A stretch of 64,000 nt of DNA from Camelus dromedarius (GCF_036321535.1 NC_087437.1:70868001-70932000); one strand, 5' to 3'; positions 1 through 14,196 are shown, counted from the stretch's first letter. The notes: generated by a model not told the origin, from the letters alone. Translations and numbers: made by a program.

Positions 1-904
1 TTGCCCAACTAGTATTTACTGAGGAGTTACTACAAGGAGGGCATTCTGCTGAGTATGTATTTACACAGAAATTAGCAAACAATGGTGATTCTGATTGTGC
101 GCTGGCTACTAGGAAAATTCTGCACTTAAGTGCAGAGGGGAACTAATGATAATGATGATGCTACTACTTTACATTAATATGGATCTTACAGTGTTTTCAC
201 AAAATTACATTTGCTGCCCTTCCTCTAGGGAAATCCTTCTCTCATCCTCATTTGTCTCATCACCCGTCACCCTTCTTCTGCTCTTCAGCCTGCAGTTATC
301 CATCACCTTTCCCCAGTCAGACTGTGGCATCTTGACTGTTTACACTCGGTTAGGTGGTCTGGTAGCCTCATTAAAGTAATTTACTCCAAGGTGTGAATGA
401 GGTTTAACCCTCTTGGAGAAACTGTATTTTAGAGAAGCTTGTTAGTCAGCCAGGTTTTTTCCCTCCAGTTAGTGACATGTGAAGAGAGAGATTTTTGAGA
501 AGAGCTCTCAGACACATCCTCTTTGCCCTCTGTGCTCCAACACACAAAGCTCTATTTACATTTCTAACAGAGGCTAACAGGAAATCAGCGAAGCAGCCCT
601 ATGTATCTCATCTACCACCCCTACACACACATATTCTTTCTCTGCCTTCCCTCATCTCTCTCTCTCAACCCTGCAGGTCACTATACTTTTAGTGTCACAT
701 GACACCCATATATCATATACCTGCTGGCTTCCACCATGCTGGACCACCACCTTAGTTCCCAATCTGTTCCAACTCCAAATCCTGAGTCTTGGTTCCACCT
801 TGTATTTATAACCTTATAACTGCTCTTTAAATTTACCTCTTTAGATTGTATTCCCCTGAAATTGAAGATAGTTGAGTAAAACAAATGAAGCATATAGCTC
901 TAAA

Positions 905-1085
905 GTTAGATGCCACTCACTGGGCAAATGACCTTAGGCGAGGCATTTATCATATCTAAGCCTCTGTTTCCTTATATGTAAAATGGGCATATTGTGAAGA
1001 TTAAGTATGATATATAAGTGGGATCAGGAACATTTTGTTAAGAATTCAGTACATGTAGTTACTATTCTTAATATTATTTATTATC
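905..1085 (+). mobile_element. MIR SINE fragment
   Basis: Diverged MIR core: tgaccttaggc...ctaagcctctgtttccttatatgtaaaatggg...ttgtgaagattaa. Confidence 0.8.
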
Positions 1086-1589
1086 TCCACTTCCCTCAAA
1101 AACTTTGATTTGGATTCCCTCTACCGGTTCCACCTTGGAGGAGCTAATTCTTGAGTGTTCTGTGCTGGTCAGAACCAGTTTCCTGCACCTGACCTTTTCA
1201 GCTAGTTTATACAGAAAGCTGATAATGATAAGGAACAAAGATAGGACATAATTTTATAAATACAAGCATATTTGTGGGGATAATAAAAGACGAGATTTGA
1301 AACCAGGTCTGTTCTGGGAAATCAGAGACTTATAACTTCTTTTAAAAGGAATTCTATACTCTGGATGAAGATGAGTTTCAGAGTCACAAGGTAGTGCTAA
1401 ACATAATTAAATCACTTCTCTGATAATCCATTGTATTAAGAAAGCAAAGTCAATAACACAGGAAACAGTTGTCCACATTTCAGGGTATTTTTCTCTCTCC
1501 CAACAGAGAAAGCAGAGGCTTTCAAGTCAGATCTTGGGTTACATCCAACTCCACCACCTAAAATCCATGAACAAAAAGACTCAAAATCC

Positions 1590-1660
1590 CCTATAATTAA
1601 TTTGTTACGGATAAGGAAACTGAGGCTCAGATAAATCAAATAATTCGACCAAGATTAATG
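1590..1660 (-). mobile_element. MIR SINE core fragment
   Basis: ttacggataaggaaactgaggctcaga = reverse MIR core. Confidence 0.75.
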
Positions 1661-3569
1661 ACCCCATCTTGCAGACATATTATAAAGATTAGAAATTATG
1701 TATAAAACCTGGCATATTGTTTGGTCTAAACAAATGCATTTCCTGGAAATCTAGAGCCAGATTCTTCTGTGAGATGAAAAGAAGCTGAAATTTTGCCCAC
1801 CTTCTACATATAACAAAGCTCTATATTTAAAGACAAATAAAAACTATCTAGCTACTATAGAACATGGAAATAAACATTTTCCACAGTTAGATTTTTAAAC
1901 CCAATTTGCCCATTAAGTATGTCCAGATAGACAGACTGGATATAAACTAAGTGCTTTTTCAGCATTGATTTCTAAAAAAGAAGTTTTCAAAGGATTCCTA
2001 ATGTACTTTAGCAGTTTAGAAGTGTCTTTTGTTATTATGTAAGAGAAATATAGGGTAATCTGAGGCTGTGTCATTTTTTAAAAGCCATAAAAAATGATCA
2101 CTTAACATTTTATGGAAAAATACAGAGGCATTAGTGAAACCTCACCAAAAGGAGATTCCATATTTCAATATATTTAATGCCTAATTTCCAAGGAGAAATA
2201 TTACTCTTATCTAAATAAATCTTGAATATTTCAGATAAACTGAAACATTGTATGCCGAGTGTTTTTTGTTTGCTATTTCTAATGCATCAGTAATTTTGAA
2301 CTTCGTTCCATATGCCTCTTTAATTTATAGTGAATTAAAAAATACTGATTTTTCAAAAATTAATACACAATCTCAAGCCACCAAGTTTCCAAATTATGAT
2401 ATTTCCAATGGCAAATGAAATAACATGCTGTCCGTGCAGTTAGTGATTTTAGGCAATTTGAACATCATGATAAAAGGGGGGGAAGATGGGGAGATTACAA
2501 GCAGTGCTATAATTAAAGGTCTGTTGATTCTTCAGTTTAAATGCCATTGTTGAAAGATTTTTCACTCAGATGTCAAAGTCTGTGGCCAGCCAAAACTTGG
2601 CATGCTAGAACTCAGCCCAGGGAAACATTGTGTTCTACAGATTTAAAAACCAAAATCTGTTAAGAACAGAAATCTTGGTCTTGGGCTGAATTCTCATGAA
2701 TCAGAACCAAGGAATAGCCAAATACCACCTCCTCTTTTCAAAAGGAAGTAGTGCAGGTGGATGTTAATAGGAAATGTTTGTTCAGATGGAAAATGAAGGG
2801 AAATGATCATTAGATGTCATCACACAGTGCACTGGATTAAAGTTTTACATAATTAAAGTATGGTTTTTTGAGAAGTTTGAAACATTTTAGAAGCTGCTTC
2901 TAGTTAATCTTTCATGGATGATTAAATGGGAAGCAATGTTTACCTGTCTTCCCAGATTTGCATATTCAGGTTCAGTTTCTCCACACTGCATCTCTTGTTA
3001 CTGGCAAAACATGAAGCAAACTTTGTTTGCTTAACACTGCCTAGAAATAAATTTTCCAACACCATTCTTCCTTTTCTTTAATTTGAAGTTTACAAACCAG
3101 TGACCTGTGAGTTGCATTGAACTAGCCTATAGAAAGAAAATTTTTGCCCATATAGTATTTAATAATTTGAGAGTTTGAGCCAACCTTTAAAGATTGAGAG
3201 CTCATCCACAAAAATCCAGTTTTTCCTGCTTCTCTTAAAAATGTGGAGACTGAAATATTAGACCTGCATTTTTGCATGGGACCAGTTTGGAACTGAGTAG
3301 TAGCTGTTGCCTTCGGACAAGCCATGTCTTCTCCATTTAGACAGAGTACCTATAACTCCACATTTTAGGCCACACCCACTGTACTCATTTACTCTATCAC
3401 CCTGATTCCTAGAGGCACATGACTTTTCTTTCTTTGCTTACAGTATACATATTGTTTCCTTGCTTTCTCTGCTTATAGTATTAAGTTTTAAAACTTCCAA
3501 AAATTTCTTTCCAATAAATAATAGCATTGCAAAGGCTATGCATGCTGGTGCTCAACCAAACATTATTAA

Positions 3570-3780
3570 AAATGACAAAAATTAGAATGCAATCAAAATG
3601 TCCAAAAATAGGGAATCACTTAAAAATATGTTGATACATCTATAGAATGGAATACTATACAGGGCTTAAAAATATATGTCTTGAAAGAATGCAGGCTACA
3701 AAATGATGTGTATAGCAGGACTCCTATTTTGTGGGAGAAAAAATATTTATACATATAGGAAAAAGGCTAAAGTGATTTGA
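3570..3780 (+). mobile_element. Ancient L1 (L1M/L1ME-type) 3' fragment
   Basis: aaatgtccaaaaataggg...atacatctatagaatggaatactatacag resembles the conserved L1M 3' segment. Confidence 0.7.
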
Positions 3781-4351
3781 GGGGATTTTTAAAATATATA
3801 CACCTACAAAAATTTATACAAATAATTTAATAAATATGCCCCAAGGGTATCTTTTGTAGATGCCCTTCCATATGGTTTCCTTACTTCATTTTTACCCAAC
3901 CATCGGAACATAACCTGAAGCTATTTTTCAGCTATCCAAAGCTGATTATTTTCTTGTCTTTATTCTTTAGAGGATACAATTAAGAATAAGATTTTCATAG
4001 TTGTTTTAAATACTTGAAAAGGTGTTCTTGCTGGCCCACATACTAGACTACCACCTTGCCAAAGCAAGAGAACTGGTTCCTGTGTTGACCCAGAGTTGGT
4101 TTGTTCTTCTGTATCACCCTTTGCTGATACTGAAAATTATCCAAAACATCGTAAAAGCTTCTTGGAACAGAGAAATTACACATAAATAGGTACTTAATAA
4201 TCTGAATACAGAAACTCTCAGGAGCTGGAACAGAAACTCATCATTACAAAGGCATCAACTTTGTGCCAACCATAGGAAGCAAAACTCACCGGTTTGAAAA
4301 AAAAAAAAAACTAACAGGTAAAAGCCATCTAAGCATTTATAGAAATTATTC

Positions 4352-4428
4352 TGATCCCAGTATTTAGCACAATGCCTGGCAGATAGGAAAATCTCTAAAA
4401 GTATTTGTTAAATAAAATATGAATAAAT
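4352..4428 (+). mobile_element. L2 LINE 3' end
   Basis: cccagtatttagcacaatgcctggcagatagg...tatttgttaaataaaatatgaat. Confidence 0.75.
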
Positions 4429-4739
4429 TTCCACTTCCACCAAAAAGCAATTGACCTGTGCATCAAAAAGCCAATCATCTTTTAAATAAAGATTAAACAA
4501 GAAAATTTTAACTTTATTCATAAAACTTCCAGACATAGATTGGGTGCTCCAGAGTTAATAATTCCGTAAATTTTTCCCAGAAGAAAAAAGTTTGTTTATG
4601 TGTATGGTTGAGTGATGTATGAGTTTAGGGAAAGAACAGAGAGGGATGAGAGGTGATCTTCTTCAAGATGAGTTCAGTGATGAAGAAAGACTCCAGATCC
4701 TAAAAATGCCTCTTCCTCCAGGCAGTACTAGCTTCACTA

Positions 4740-5530
4740 TTACTGATTTGACCTTTTTGACCATCTCTTTCCCTTTCTGTAGCACATTCTTTAGCTTTGG
4801 GCTCCATAACATCTTGTTTTCATGATTCTCCTGTTCATCGGAGTGTTCCTTCTGGCTCCATCATCTATTTTTCCTTCATCTGCCCACAAAATGTCAGTTT
4901 GCCTTTCTTTCTTCCCTCACTGCATTCTTGAAGTCTAGCAGCAATTTTAGCTGCAATCAGACATTCAGATGCCTTCCTGAAGATCTGAATGTCTCGTCTT
5001 GGCCTGTAGACTCTGGTACCACAGGCATAGGTTTCCAACTGCCAACTATTCATTCCCACCTGGATGTGCCACCCAGGTCATCTCAAACTCCTGCTGCTAT
5101 CCTTCTAGAGTACTCTAGAAGCTAATCAAATCAAACCCAATACACTTTGTGCTTTCCTGTCCTCATGTTTTTATTCATTCTGTACTCCTTGCCTAAAACT
5201 CATCTCTCCAAATTCTAACAGCTGGAACTTCTCCCATATTCCAAAGTTCACCCCAAACTTTTTTCAGGTAACTCAGGTAACTTTTTTTAGTGTCCATCAT
5301 CAAATGATATTCCTCAGCCCACTGAACCTACAGAATTTTGTTAGCAACCCTTTTTGGCATTGGACTTATTTTACATCGTATTTTAGTTATGTGGTGTTTA
5401 TTTTCTCCTGATTTCTAAACATTAGGCTTATGGTGTCTTTCTCATCTTTGTAGCTATTTTCTGGGGCTCAGGTTCTAGCAGAATCCTTTATTTATAGCAG
5501 GTGTTCATTAAGTATATATTGAATTAAATT
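4740..5530 (+). mobile_element. L2 LINE fragment (internally deleted)
   Basis: ccaactgcc...ccacctggatgtgccacccaggtcatctcaaactc and 3' tail gcaggtgttcattaagtatatattgaattaaatt. Confidence 0.7.
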
Positions 5531-5879
5531 TGGTTTATTTATCAATGGTTATACATGTGTTATGATTTGAAAGACCCAGAAAGTCCACCTACCCAAAGTG
5601 TGGCCCCTGTTTTCCAGACCATAATACCTTGCTTTGGGGCTTTCTCTTCTACCAATAGGAATTGTCCTGTAAGTTGTGTCTTTTTGTTCCCTAGCAAGTA
5701 AACTATTGATTTGTTAATAGTTCAGTTACTCCCACCTTCTAAGGTCTGCTTTATTTCCCAAGAGGAAGCAAAGTCTTAGAGGAATGGGCCAGAGGTCAGT
5801 TATGTTCCTCTTGTACTCTGTTGTTCCAAGGAAGTAACAAATAGGAAAAGGTCCATGAGAAGGGTAGAGTAATGGAAGG

Positions 5880-6080
5880 AAACTTGGGCTGTGCCACTTT
5901 CTAGTTGTAGGCCTTACTTTTCCCATCTGTAAAACTGGATGATAATAATAATTTCTACCTTACAGAGGTGTTACAAGAACTCAGTAAATAGTACTAAACA
6001 GTAAATAATAGAAAACTAAATAATAAAGTACTTAGCATAATATCTGGCAAACTGTAAGGGCTGAGAGTTGACTACTATTG
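5880..6080 (+). mobile_element. MIR SINE
   Basis: tttcccatctgtaaaactggatgataata...taccttacagaggtgtt...aaagtacttagcataatatctggca. Confidence 0.8.
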
Positions 6081-6269
6081 AGTATTCATATAGATGGCAT
6101 ATATAGTATATGTATAACCATATGTATAGTAAGCATTCATGTGTATACTCAATACATAATACATATACATTCACCAATTTTTATAATTGTAATTGTTTTG
6201 TCATCCCATGAACCTGATGGCAGATCCCAAAGAAACTCCCAGATAGCCAGAGACCTTCTGGGGAATGGA

Positions 6270-6452
6270 GAGTGTAAACAGTGTAAAAGAAAATAGAACA
6301 GGCTTTGTCAGACAGACCAGGGTGTGACCCACAGCACTGCCACCTCTCAACTCTGAACCCAGGGGAAGTTGCTTAACCTCTCTGAGCCTCAGCTTCGTCA
6401 TCATCAAAACCAGAATGCCTACTTTTACATTTGCTTTGAGGATTAAGAGAGC
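6270..6452 (+). mobile_element. MIR SINE
   Basis: caggctttgtcagacagaccagggt...aagttgcttaacctctctgagcctcagcttcgtcatc. Confidence 0.85.
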
Positions 6453-7782
6453 TTTTGTTTTCCCTAGTGATTTTAAGATTGATCTCATTGTTTTGGTGAT
6501 TCCTATTCTTTTTCTGAACTTCACAGTTGTTTTCCTGACAAATTAAATTCCAGACTTTTTGTTTTGAACCAAACTTGAAGGAAATGGGTGGCACTGTTCA
6601 GAAAAATGAAATAAAATAAACAGTGGTAGTACTGGCTAATAATTTCAAATTATTAATAATTTAAGGTAGTGGTGAAATGTTAAAATATGTACCAATTAAT
6701 AAGCACCAAACCAACAAATACTTATCAAACTGTGGCTAAATCCTTAATCTAGAACAAACTTACCAGTCAGACCAAGTTTTGCTGGGATTCTTTTTAAATG
6801 AAATATATTCTACCTATAGAAAGAATCAACTGTACTAATCCACAGGTTTTTAAGTTGGTCATTTTTTTTAAGTCCAAGACTTTAGATTTTTACTGAAAAC
6901 AAAAAGAAGTCCTTTCCACATAGTAGTCCTATCTGAAAGGAGTTTTGTGGAGGGGTGTTTAGGGGGGAGGGAGGGAAAACAAAGGGGGGGAAATGGTCTT
7001 AAAAATATCTACAAATCTTTCTGGATCTGAAAGATAAAGAACCTCGGAATGTATCCTCTCACATTTAGTCCTGTAGTCACAGTGCTGTGGTGTGCACTTA
7101 ATGCTCTAGGGGACCTAGAGCAAGCGTTACAAATGCAACCGAAAGTCTCATAAAAACGAGCCTCTTAACAGTGTGTGAGCTGGTCTGCAATGGCCTCAGG
7201 AAATCCCCCCAGCTATTCACGTCCCTTTTATCCACTACATTCTCTGACTCAAAGGGAAACCTCACTTCACCTCCTTGACCAGAATTGAGCAGACATTGAT
7301 TTGGTTACCCAGCGCTTTACTTATTCATTTATTAGTCTTCATCATTTGTATTCCTCTAGAACAAAAGAATATATCTCTTCTTTGCATTAATTCAAGTTTA
7401 AAGACGTGCAAATGTGTGTTTGTGAGAGAGTGCATATTTATGTGTATGTAATTTTATGGCTAGCTTGCCTTAATTTAAAATATTTGCCGTCAGAGCTAAA
7501 GTGCATACGCACCATCACCACTATTGTGCAGAATGACTCTGCTTGACATATTAGCTGAATTCCTAAAAATGTTGCATGTAAAGTGAGCTTTTTAACAGAA
7601 TCATGTTTTTCTATTCACTTCTATAATTAGTCAGGTTAAGTGTCACATGGGAAAAATAAGTGGCCCAATGCATTATTTTTAAAAAATTAAGAATTGCAAC
7701 TTTCACCTCAGTAATAATGATGCCTTTATCTATGGGCACTTTATGTGGCTTAATTGCCCCCAAGAAAAGCCAACAAGAAGTG

Positions 7783-7905
7783 AATCCAATTAAAAAGCAG
7801 ATATTTTGGAAGCAAATGCTATGTGTAAACCACTGTGCTGGAGCCAGTGAGATATTCAGAAAAGTGTGTCAGTGTTTATCCTCAGGGAGCATACAGTCTA
7901 GTTAA
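7783..7905 (-). mobile_element. L2 LINE 3' fragment
   Basis: ctatgtgtaaaccactgtgctggagcc...cctcagggagcatacagtctagt. Confidence 0.7.
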
Positions 7906-8671
7906 GGATGCTAAATAGAAAAGATGGGATTGTATACAACAATTAAAGATTTAAATAAGAGTTCTAGATATTTAGATATGTTCTTTGCACAATTACATTA
8001 ATGATTTATGTTAAAATATAGCAGTTAACTTCCCTTCCATTGGAAGGACTCATTGATCGGGTACCATATATTCTTATAGCTACTGAATGGCAAAAATGCA
8101 TGGGCTGTTCATCTGAACTCGACTCATAGATTTGTTTAAACAAAGTCTGAGTAATTCAAGCAATAATAATGTGCATTGTGGCAGAATATATGTTCCTGTC
8201 CTTTTAAGTGTTGAACACCCAGTGGCTTTGCTACGGGTCTTCCTTCAGGACAGCTTGTTGAACTAATAGACATCTCTAAGTGGATGTTTGATGTTAAACA
8301 ACCAAGGAATAGCCTTTGAAGATATTTTCACTCCTCAATACCAGCTTTGGATGCGATGTTTTCTTTTCTTTCATAACACTGAATTTGTTCTTATTTAGGG
8401 AATATGTTCAAAGTAGAGCTGGCCAGAACAGAACCATAATAAATTATGTAGCAGTATCTATTTAATGTATAACTAACCATTATCAACCCAAAGATCATAT
8501 AGAGACTTAAAGGAAGCAACATTCTTAGTTACTATCTTAGGTGCCTGACAAAGAGATTAATGTAAGTTCAGGGGAAAACCATGGAGGTATGTACAACTTA
8601 AATGTCTGAGAGTGTGCAGGCTGCCGTGCGCAGTATTTCCATACATACCTTTACTCTTCTGTTGACGTGTA

Positions 8672-8868
8672 AATAATAATGACATCAATAATGCCAAGCA
8701 AATGGGATCTTTAGTTTACAAAACATTGTGGATACATCATCCTTTTTGATCCTCAACTTGTGATCTCAACAAATTTTGAGATTATTAAATCACATATTAT
8801 CCACATTTTACAAGTGAAAAATCTATGGAGTTCAAGAGCGTAGATGACTTGCTTAAGGACACAGAGCT
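8672..8868 (-). mobile_element. MIR SINE
   Basis: tttacaaaacatt...tttgatcctcaac...cattttacaagtgaaaa...tgacttgcttaaggacacagagct. Confidence 0.75.
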
Positions 8869-9100
8869 CTTAAAAGGTGCAGCTGCTTCCCCTGATGCAG
8901 CAACACGTTGTGACTAGCTCAGAGGAAGCCGCAACCCAAACAGAATCTTTTCCACACCACAATGGTCCTGCGAGGCACCAGGCACCAACAAGTTGCCAAA
9001 ATGCAACCAGCAGGTTTGAGTTGTCAGAGGATGGAAGAGCCCTCAGGCCATAGGCTACCTGCTGTGATTTCATGCAAGAAGAAAAAGGGATGGTTAGCTA

Positions 9101-9303
9101 TCTCTCTCTCTCTCTCTCTCTTTTTTTTTTTTTTTTTTTCCGGTTAGCTATCTTTAATAAGGTGTTTTTTTTTCCCCCTTGGTAAGTAATCCTGGTGATT
9201 TTCTAGGAAAATCATGGTTGTGTCTGATCTGGTTGTGTGAGTTTTTTGGGTCTGGTTTTTTTTTTGGGTTTTTTTTTTTTGTTTTTTTTTGTTTTTTTTT
9301 TTT
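9101..9303. repeat. (TC)n followed by poly-T and T-rich low-complexity tract
   Basis: Directly visible. Confidence 0.9.
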
Positions 9304-9904
9304 CCCAGCTCCTTAAGAGCTTGGACTTCAGTATGTAAAAAGGTCTTAGTCCTGATCTGGACAATCCCTCCCACCTCCCAGGATTTATGTCTTTTCCATT
9401 GAAAAAATTTGTGAATATAATTAGTTGTCTTTGAGTTGGCTTCCTGGAGCTTCTTACTTACTTAAGAATATGGTATGAAGATGAAAGAGACCATGGGCCA
9501 CTTCACCAACACTGAGTGGCATTGGGAACTTACAAAGAAGTGTGACTCTGAATCTCCGAAGCCGTAGGCTTTCATTGGCAAAATAGCATTCAAAACTGCC
9601 ACTAAATTTTGCTACCTGAAGAACAGAAAGGTAGAGTTTCAAACAAAAAAATTTAGCACCTGGAAACTAGTCTAAAAACTAATAATAATAATGTCAGTGG
9701 GTCCTCCATTCATTATCGTTTCCCTTAAAAGCCTACAGACATCCAGCCTTCTTTTTGGCCTGGAGAATTAGACCTGACATTTGAGCTTCTTGAACTTTTT
9801 TTTCTGTTCTTACTTCAAAGCCTCAATTAATGTGAAATATCAAGATGATATCCCCAACACCTTGCTCCCAGGACACTCACAACCCAAGTTAATGTTTTTT
9901 CCAT

Positions 9905-10130
9905 AATAATAATCCTGCAGTTATAAAGTATAAAGTGTTTTCATATTCATGATCTTATTAAGTCCCATATTAGCCTTTTGCATAGACAAGGTAATAATAA
10001 TAGTAATAATAATATACGTAATAATATAATATTATCATTCCTATTTTGTACCTTAGGAGATAAACAAACCAAGAACATGATCTAAGGTCACAGAGTGGGC
10101 AAGTGACAGAGCCACAATTAAATTACACCC
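9905..10130 (-). mobile_element. MIR SINE interrupted by (TAA)n
   Basis: aagtgttttcatattcatgatcttatta...tgatctaaggtcacagagtgggcaagtgacagagcca. Confidence 0.7.
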
Positions 10131-10200
10131 AGGTGAGCAGGTGATATTCATAGTCCAACATGATTTTCACTAGGCTTGCTGAGCCTCACAGATCTGCCCT

Positions 10201-10378
10201 ATGATTCTCAACCAGGCTTTGGAATTCTCTAGAGGACTTACTAAAACATAGGCACTCCAGTATTCAACTCTCAGTGTCTGAGTTAATACGTCAAGAGTAG
10301 GGCCCAAGATTTGATTTTTTTCTAACAAAGTTCTAGGCAATGCTGATCCTGCCAAGAACCACTCTTTTAGGAGCACTG
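10201..10378. mobile_element. MER5A-type hAT-Charlie MITE
   Basis: gattctcaacc...gggcccaagattt...tttctaacaaagttctaggcaatgctgat...accactcttttaggagcactg follows the MER5A layout; about 180 bp. Confidence 0.8.
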
Positions 10379-10959
10379 TCCTACAGATTTATGCACTTAT
10401 GAGCTGGAATGATCTACTAAAGCAAGATAGTCTTAAGAAGGAAGTTTTGTGTGATGTTGCCTTATACTGCTGCTTTTCTCCATTTCTGACCTCCACTAGG
10501 AAAAAGTGGAACAGATGTGGGGTGGGAGCTAGCAAGAAAGCACCTCACTGTTTAGAATAAGTTTAGATCTTCTGACAGCCAAGAATTACACAGCAGAACC
10601 CTTCAGTCTGCTTTTAACTAGAACCTAGTGTTGACTGTTGTAGATGAACTTGGAGATGTGTGCCAACCCACCAATGAAGAGCTGCTGTTAGAATGGACAT
10701 AGGAAAATGTGATTAGATGGATCTACAGGCAACTGATCCATTAGCCAAAAATCTCTGGATAGATTACTTCATGTCATCACAGAAGGAAGTTCTTAGAGGC
10801 AAAAGAGGGAGAGACGCATTCTTGACCTATGCTAGACGTATTTTTCTGAAGACTGGTAAGAGGTTTATGTCACAAGCTCAGTTTGAAACAAGGTGATATA
10901 TCTGCTTAAAAAGAAAAAAAAAAAAAGCTAAGAAATATTTCAGCTGTGTTGTGAAATAA

Positions 10960-11285
10960 TGTCCAGATCAAGGTAGCTGATGGTAGGGCTGGTTCCTCTG
11001 GAAGTTCTAGGGAAGAACCCATTCCCTTGTTTTTTCTAGCTTCTGGAGGCCATCTGCACTCCTTGGCCCATGACCTCTTCCACAAATAACTCCAATAACT
11101 CCAACCTCTTGTTCTGTCATCACATCTCTTAATACTAGCTCTGACCCTCCTGTCTCTCTCTTATAAGAACCCTTGTGATTACGTTTAGGTCACATCTACA
11201 AGACTTCTTTGCCATGTAAAGCAACATTCTGGTTCTGGGGAGTAGAATGTGGATATCTTTTTTCAGAGTCATTATTTGGCCTGCT
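10960..11285 (-). mobile_element. MLT1 (ERVL-MaLR) LTR fragment
   Basis: agatcaaggt...agggctggttcctctggaag...ttctagcttctggagg...cttataagaacccttgtgattac...ttgccatgtaaagcaacatt; MLT1B/C/D-like. Confidence 0.85.
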
Positions 11286-13653
11286 GCTGTCCTGTTATGG
11301 CCTATTATCAGACTACATTAGGAACACAGAATCTCTTTCTCAGCACCAGAATTTATCTTTAATAAAATACATCCAAAAGAGGGGTAGCCAGGACTAGGAA
11401 TGGCAAGAGAGTGGCAGCCATCTGGCCCAGTGTGGCTGAGGAGGTCAGGAGACCAAGAAACAGAAGAATTGGGTTCTAGGACTTACCAGATAAAATGTCT
11501 CAGCCATTCAGGGCTTCTCTGTAAACTGAAAGAACTGGAAAATCTCTTAAATACCACCTAAGTCTAAGATTCTAAGCTTTTATAGTATCTATCAGGCTGT
11601 TCCTAGATGACATTTAAATTTAAAACCAAAAGCTTGCTTACTATCTCTAGTATTCAGTATAAATTTTGTCCACTTTTCTTTCGAATTAAAAATTCACTTA
11701 ATTTTTGAATTTAGAATATGTTATCCAAGGACTTCTTGCTTTAAAAATAGTGGTGAGACTGTAAAAGTCTTTAGTACAAGTGCTTTTCCCTCACTAATTC
11801 TTAACTTTCCTACCCAATAGTACTACTTTAGTCTGTGCATCACATCACTAGTCTTAGGGCAATAAATGTACCCCTTTTACACACTGAACACTTGAGTCAC
11901 AGAGAAAATAAATTACAATTGCATATGAAGACATAAGAGAGTTAACAGTTGTTGCCTTCAGCTCTTCTAAGATATCATCTACCACCTGCCATGAGCAGGT
12001 GTGACACTGGACAATACATTAAATTTAACAAGCAGAATATAAAAACTTTGTCCCAAAGATCCCCATCTAGAGGCATGAGTGACGAACTAAAGGACAGTCA
12101 CTGAGTGACTACTGTCATTATTACAGGGGTCCAAGAGTTAGGAAAGGGCTCAAGTTTTATTCTTTTTTTTTTTAATTTATCTTGCCCTCAGATAAGGGCA
12201 TGAAAGTTGACCACTGATTTTCAAAAGGAAGTGGGGATAGTGTGATACAAATCTCTCTACAGCATTAGTGTTATCCCACAAACACTAGTTGTAAATGATG
12301 ATTTACAGAGGGCCATGAAGAAAATTTGGAGGAAGTTTAAAGGAAGGAAAGCTTTGAGAGCTGAACCAGAAAAGGTGCTTGAAAGTAAATCAAATTATGG
12401 CATACATTGAATTATAGCATTTGTTATTATGTGCAGAGTATGCATGGAATTTCGAACTAAAAGCTGAGGAAGCAAAGGTCTTGAAACTCTCATGCATAGT
12501 AAATAAATTAACCCTTTATTCCCTTACTTTCTATGCTCCTTATATTTGGTGACTTGTATGAACAAACGTACACTGAAAAGGACTGACAAAATAAACCATG
12601 CTCTGCCTTGGATGCATTTAACTGTTTGTGCACATGATGAAAATGGTTGCCTCCAGGAGATGTTCTTTGGTATCATGTAGACATAGTATTTCAAAGGCCA
12701 AGAATTCTTTGGGAAAAGGAGAGGGGTTGTGTCTGTTTATGATTGTCAGACTTTCCTAAGCTTATCAAATTGGAACCCCATGTTCTTTTCTTCTCTGATT
12801 TGAAAATTATGCTAGTAGTACATTTGGCAAAGAAAAACCTGCCAAATAAGTCAGGGTCTAATAGCTGGATTAATGACTGTTCTAAAACCCATGAGTTCAG
12901 TATCCTATACCTAGTCTTACTTTCTACCTTAAAAGATCAGTTTTCATTGCTATTTTTTTTTTTTTTTTTTTTTGCTGGAAATTGCATGGTGTAAGGAAAT
13001 CAGCTTATCATGAGCAGGTCATCAGCTCTTGAAATATCTGCCCATGAGAAAAAAAATTATGATTGGAATCCTGTCACCAAGGAAATGGTTTAAAAATCTG
13101 TTTATTTCAGTGCCAAATGAAAATCTTAGCTTCAACTAGTTATCTTTGTTTTGCAATGACTTTAATTCTTTTGCCCATTCATTCATTTATTACATGGCTA
13201 CTATACACCAATCATTTAGAAAAAGAACCCCTATATGATTATACAACCCTTAAATATAACTATGTTTGTGTGTGTTCATATGCTTTTTTAAAGAGCACAT
13301 TTGTGACAGGAAGTGAAGAATGGCATAGTCGGGGAAAAATTAAAGAGACACGATGTAATTATCTGAACTGGAATTAAGCCAATTAATAACCCGTGTGCTA
13401 ACACTACCCTCAAAGTGCTGAAAATGCCGTCAGATATTTAAATGCCCTGGGTGGTCATAGCCAGCGATCTTCACCTCATCCATTTTCAACACCATGCAGG
13501 GACAAGGCTCAGCCTGGCTTCTGAGGAGGGGCTGCCCCCGAGTGAGCTACAGAAGAGGTACAGACTGTATAATCCAAGCACAAGATTCTCTCAAGTGATG
13601 GTGCACGGATTTTCACTTGTTATTTAATGAAATCAAAACACTGGTGTTTTGTG

Positions 13654-13995
13654 CATTTGCTCATTTATTTAACACGTATTTAGTGAATATGCCCAGTGCT
13701 AGTCCAGCATCATGGCTGAGGACGCAGGCTTTAAAGTCAGATTGCCTGGATTTTGTCTCCAGCTCCACACTAATTAGCTGTGTGCTCTTGAGCAAGTCAC
13801 CTAACTCTTCTGTGCTTTTCTATGAAATAAGGACTGGTAGCACCTAATTCATAGGTAGCACCTAATTCATATTCTATGATCAAAAACGTTAACTACTTAG
13901 CAAAGTGCTTGGCACAAATCAAGTGCTCAGTGGTATGCTGGTTATTATTATTATTAGCCAGGAAATATACCAAAGTCTGGGAACAAAGAGATGAA
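13654..13995 (-). mobile_element. L2 3' end split by a MIR insertion
   Basis: catttgctcatttatttaacacgtatttagtga before the MIR; gccagga...ctgggaacaaagagatgaa resumes after it. Confidence 0.6.
13703..13955 (+). mobile_element. Near full-length MIR SINE
   Basis: caggctttaaagtcagattgcctgg...tagctgtgtgctcttgagcaagtcacctaac...ggcacaaatcaagtgctcag...ttattattatta. Confidence 0.85.
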
Positions 13996-14196
13996 ACCCC
14001 CCTTAGAAAATCCTTGAAGCTTAGATTCCAGAACTCAGGGGTTCTAAACTTTACCCTTTCCAAATCAAGTCTGTTTATTAGATCCTTGCTTTGCTATGTG
14101 GATTCATGTCTTGAGCATGCTTTGAACACAACACACTCAGCACATCTGTAGTATGCAGTTTTGTTTATTTACACCCTCATTCTCTGCCTTCCTCAG

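Noticed and set aside
5264..5281. 9-bp tandem duplications (also 20512-20529, ~29069-29086, ~11086-11103)
   Set aside because: Ordinary slippage micro-duplications; not an array and unrelated to each other.
12093..12116. Short inverted repeat gacagtcac-tga-gtgactactgtc (similar case at 39839-39855)
   Set aside because: Too short; expected by chance in 64 kb.
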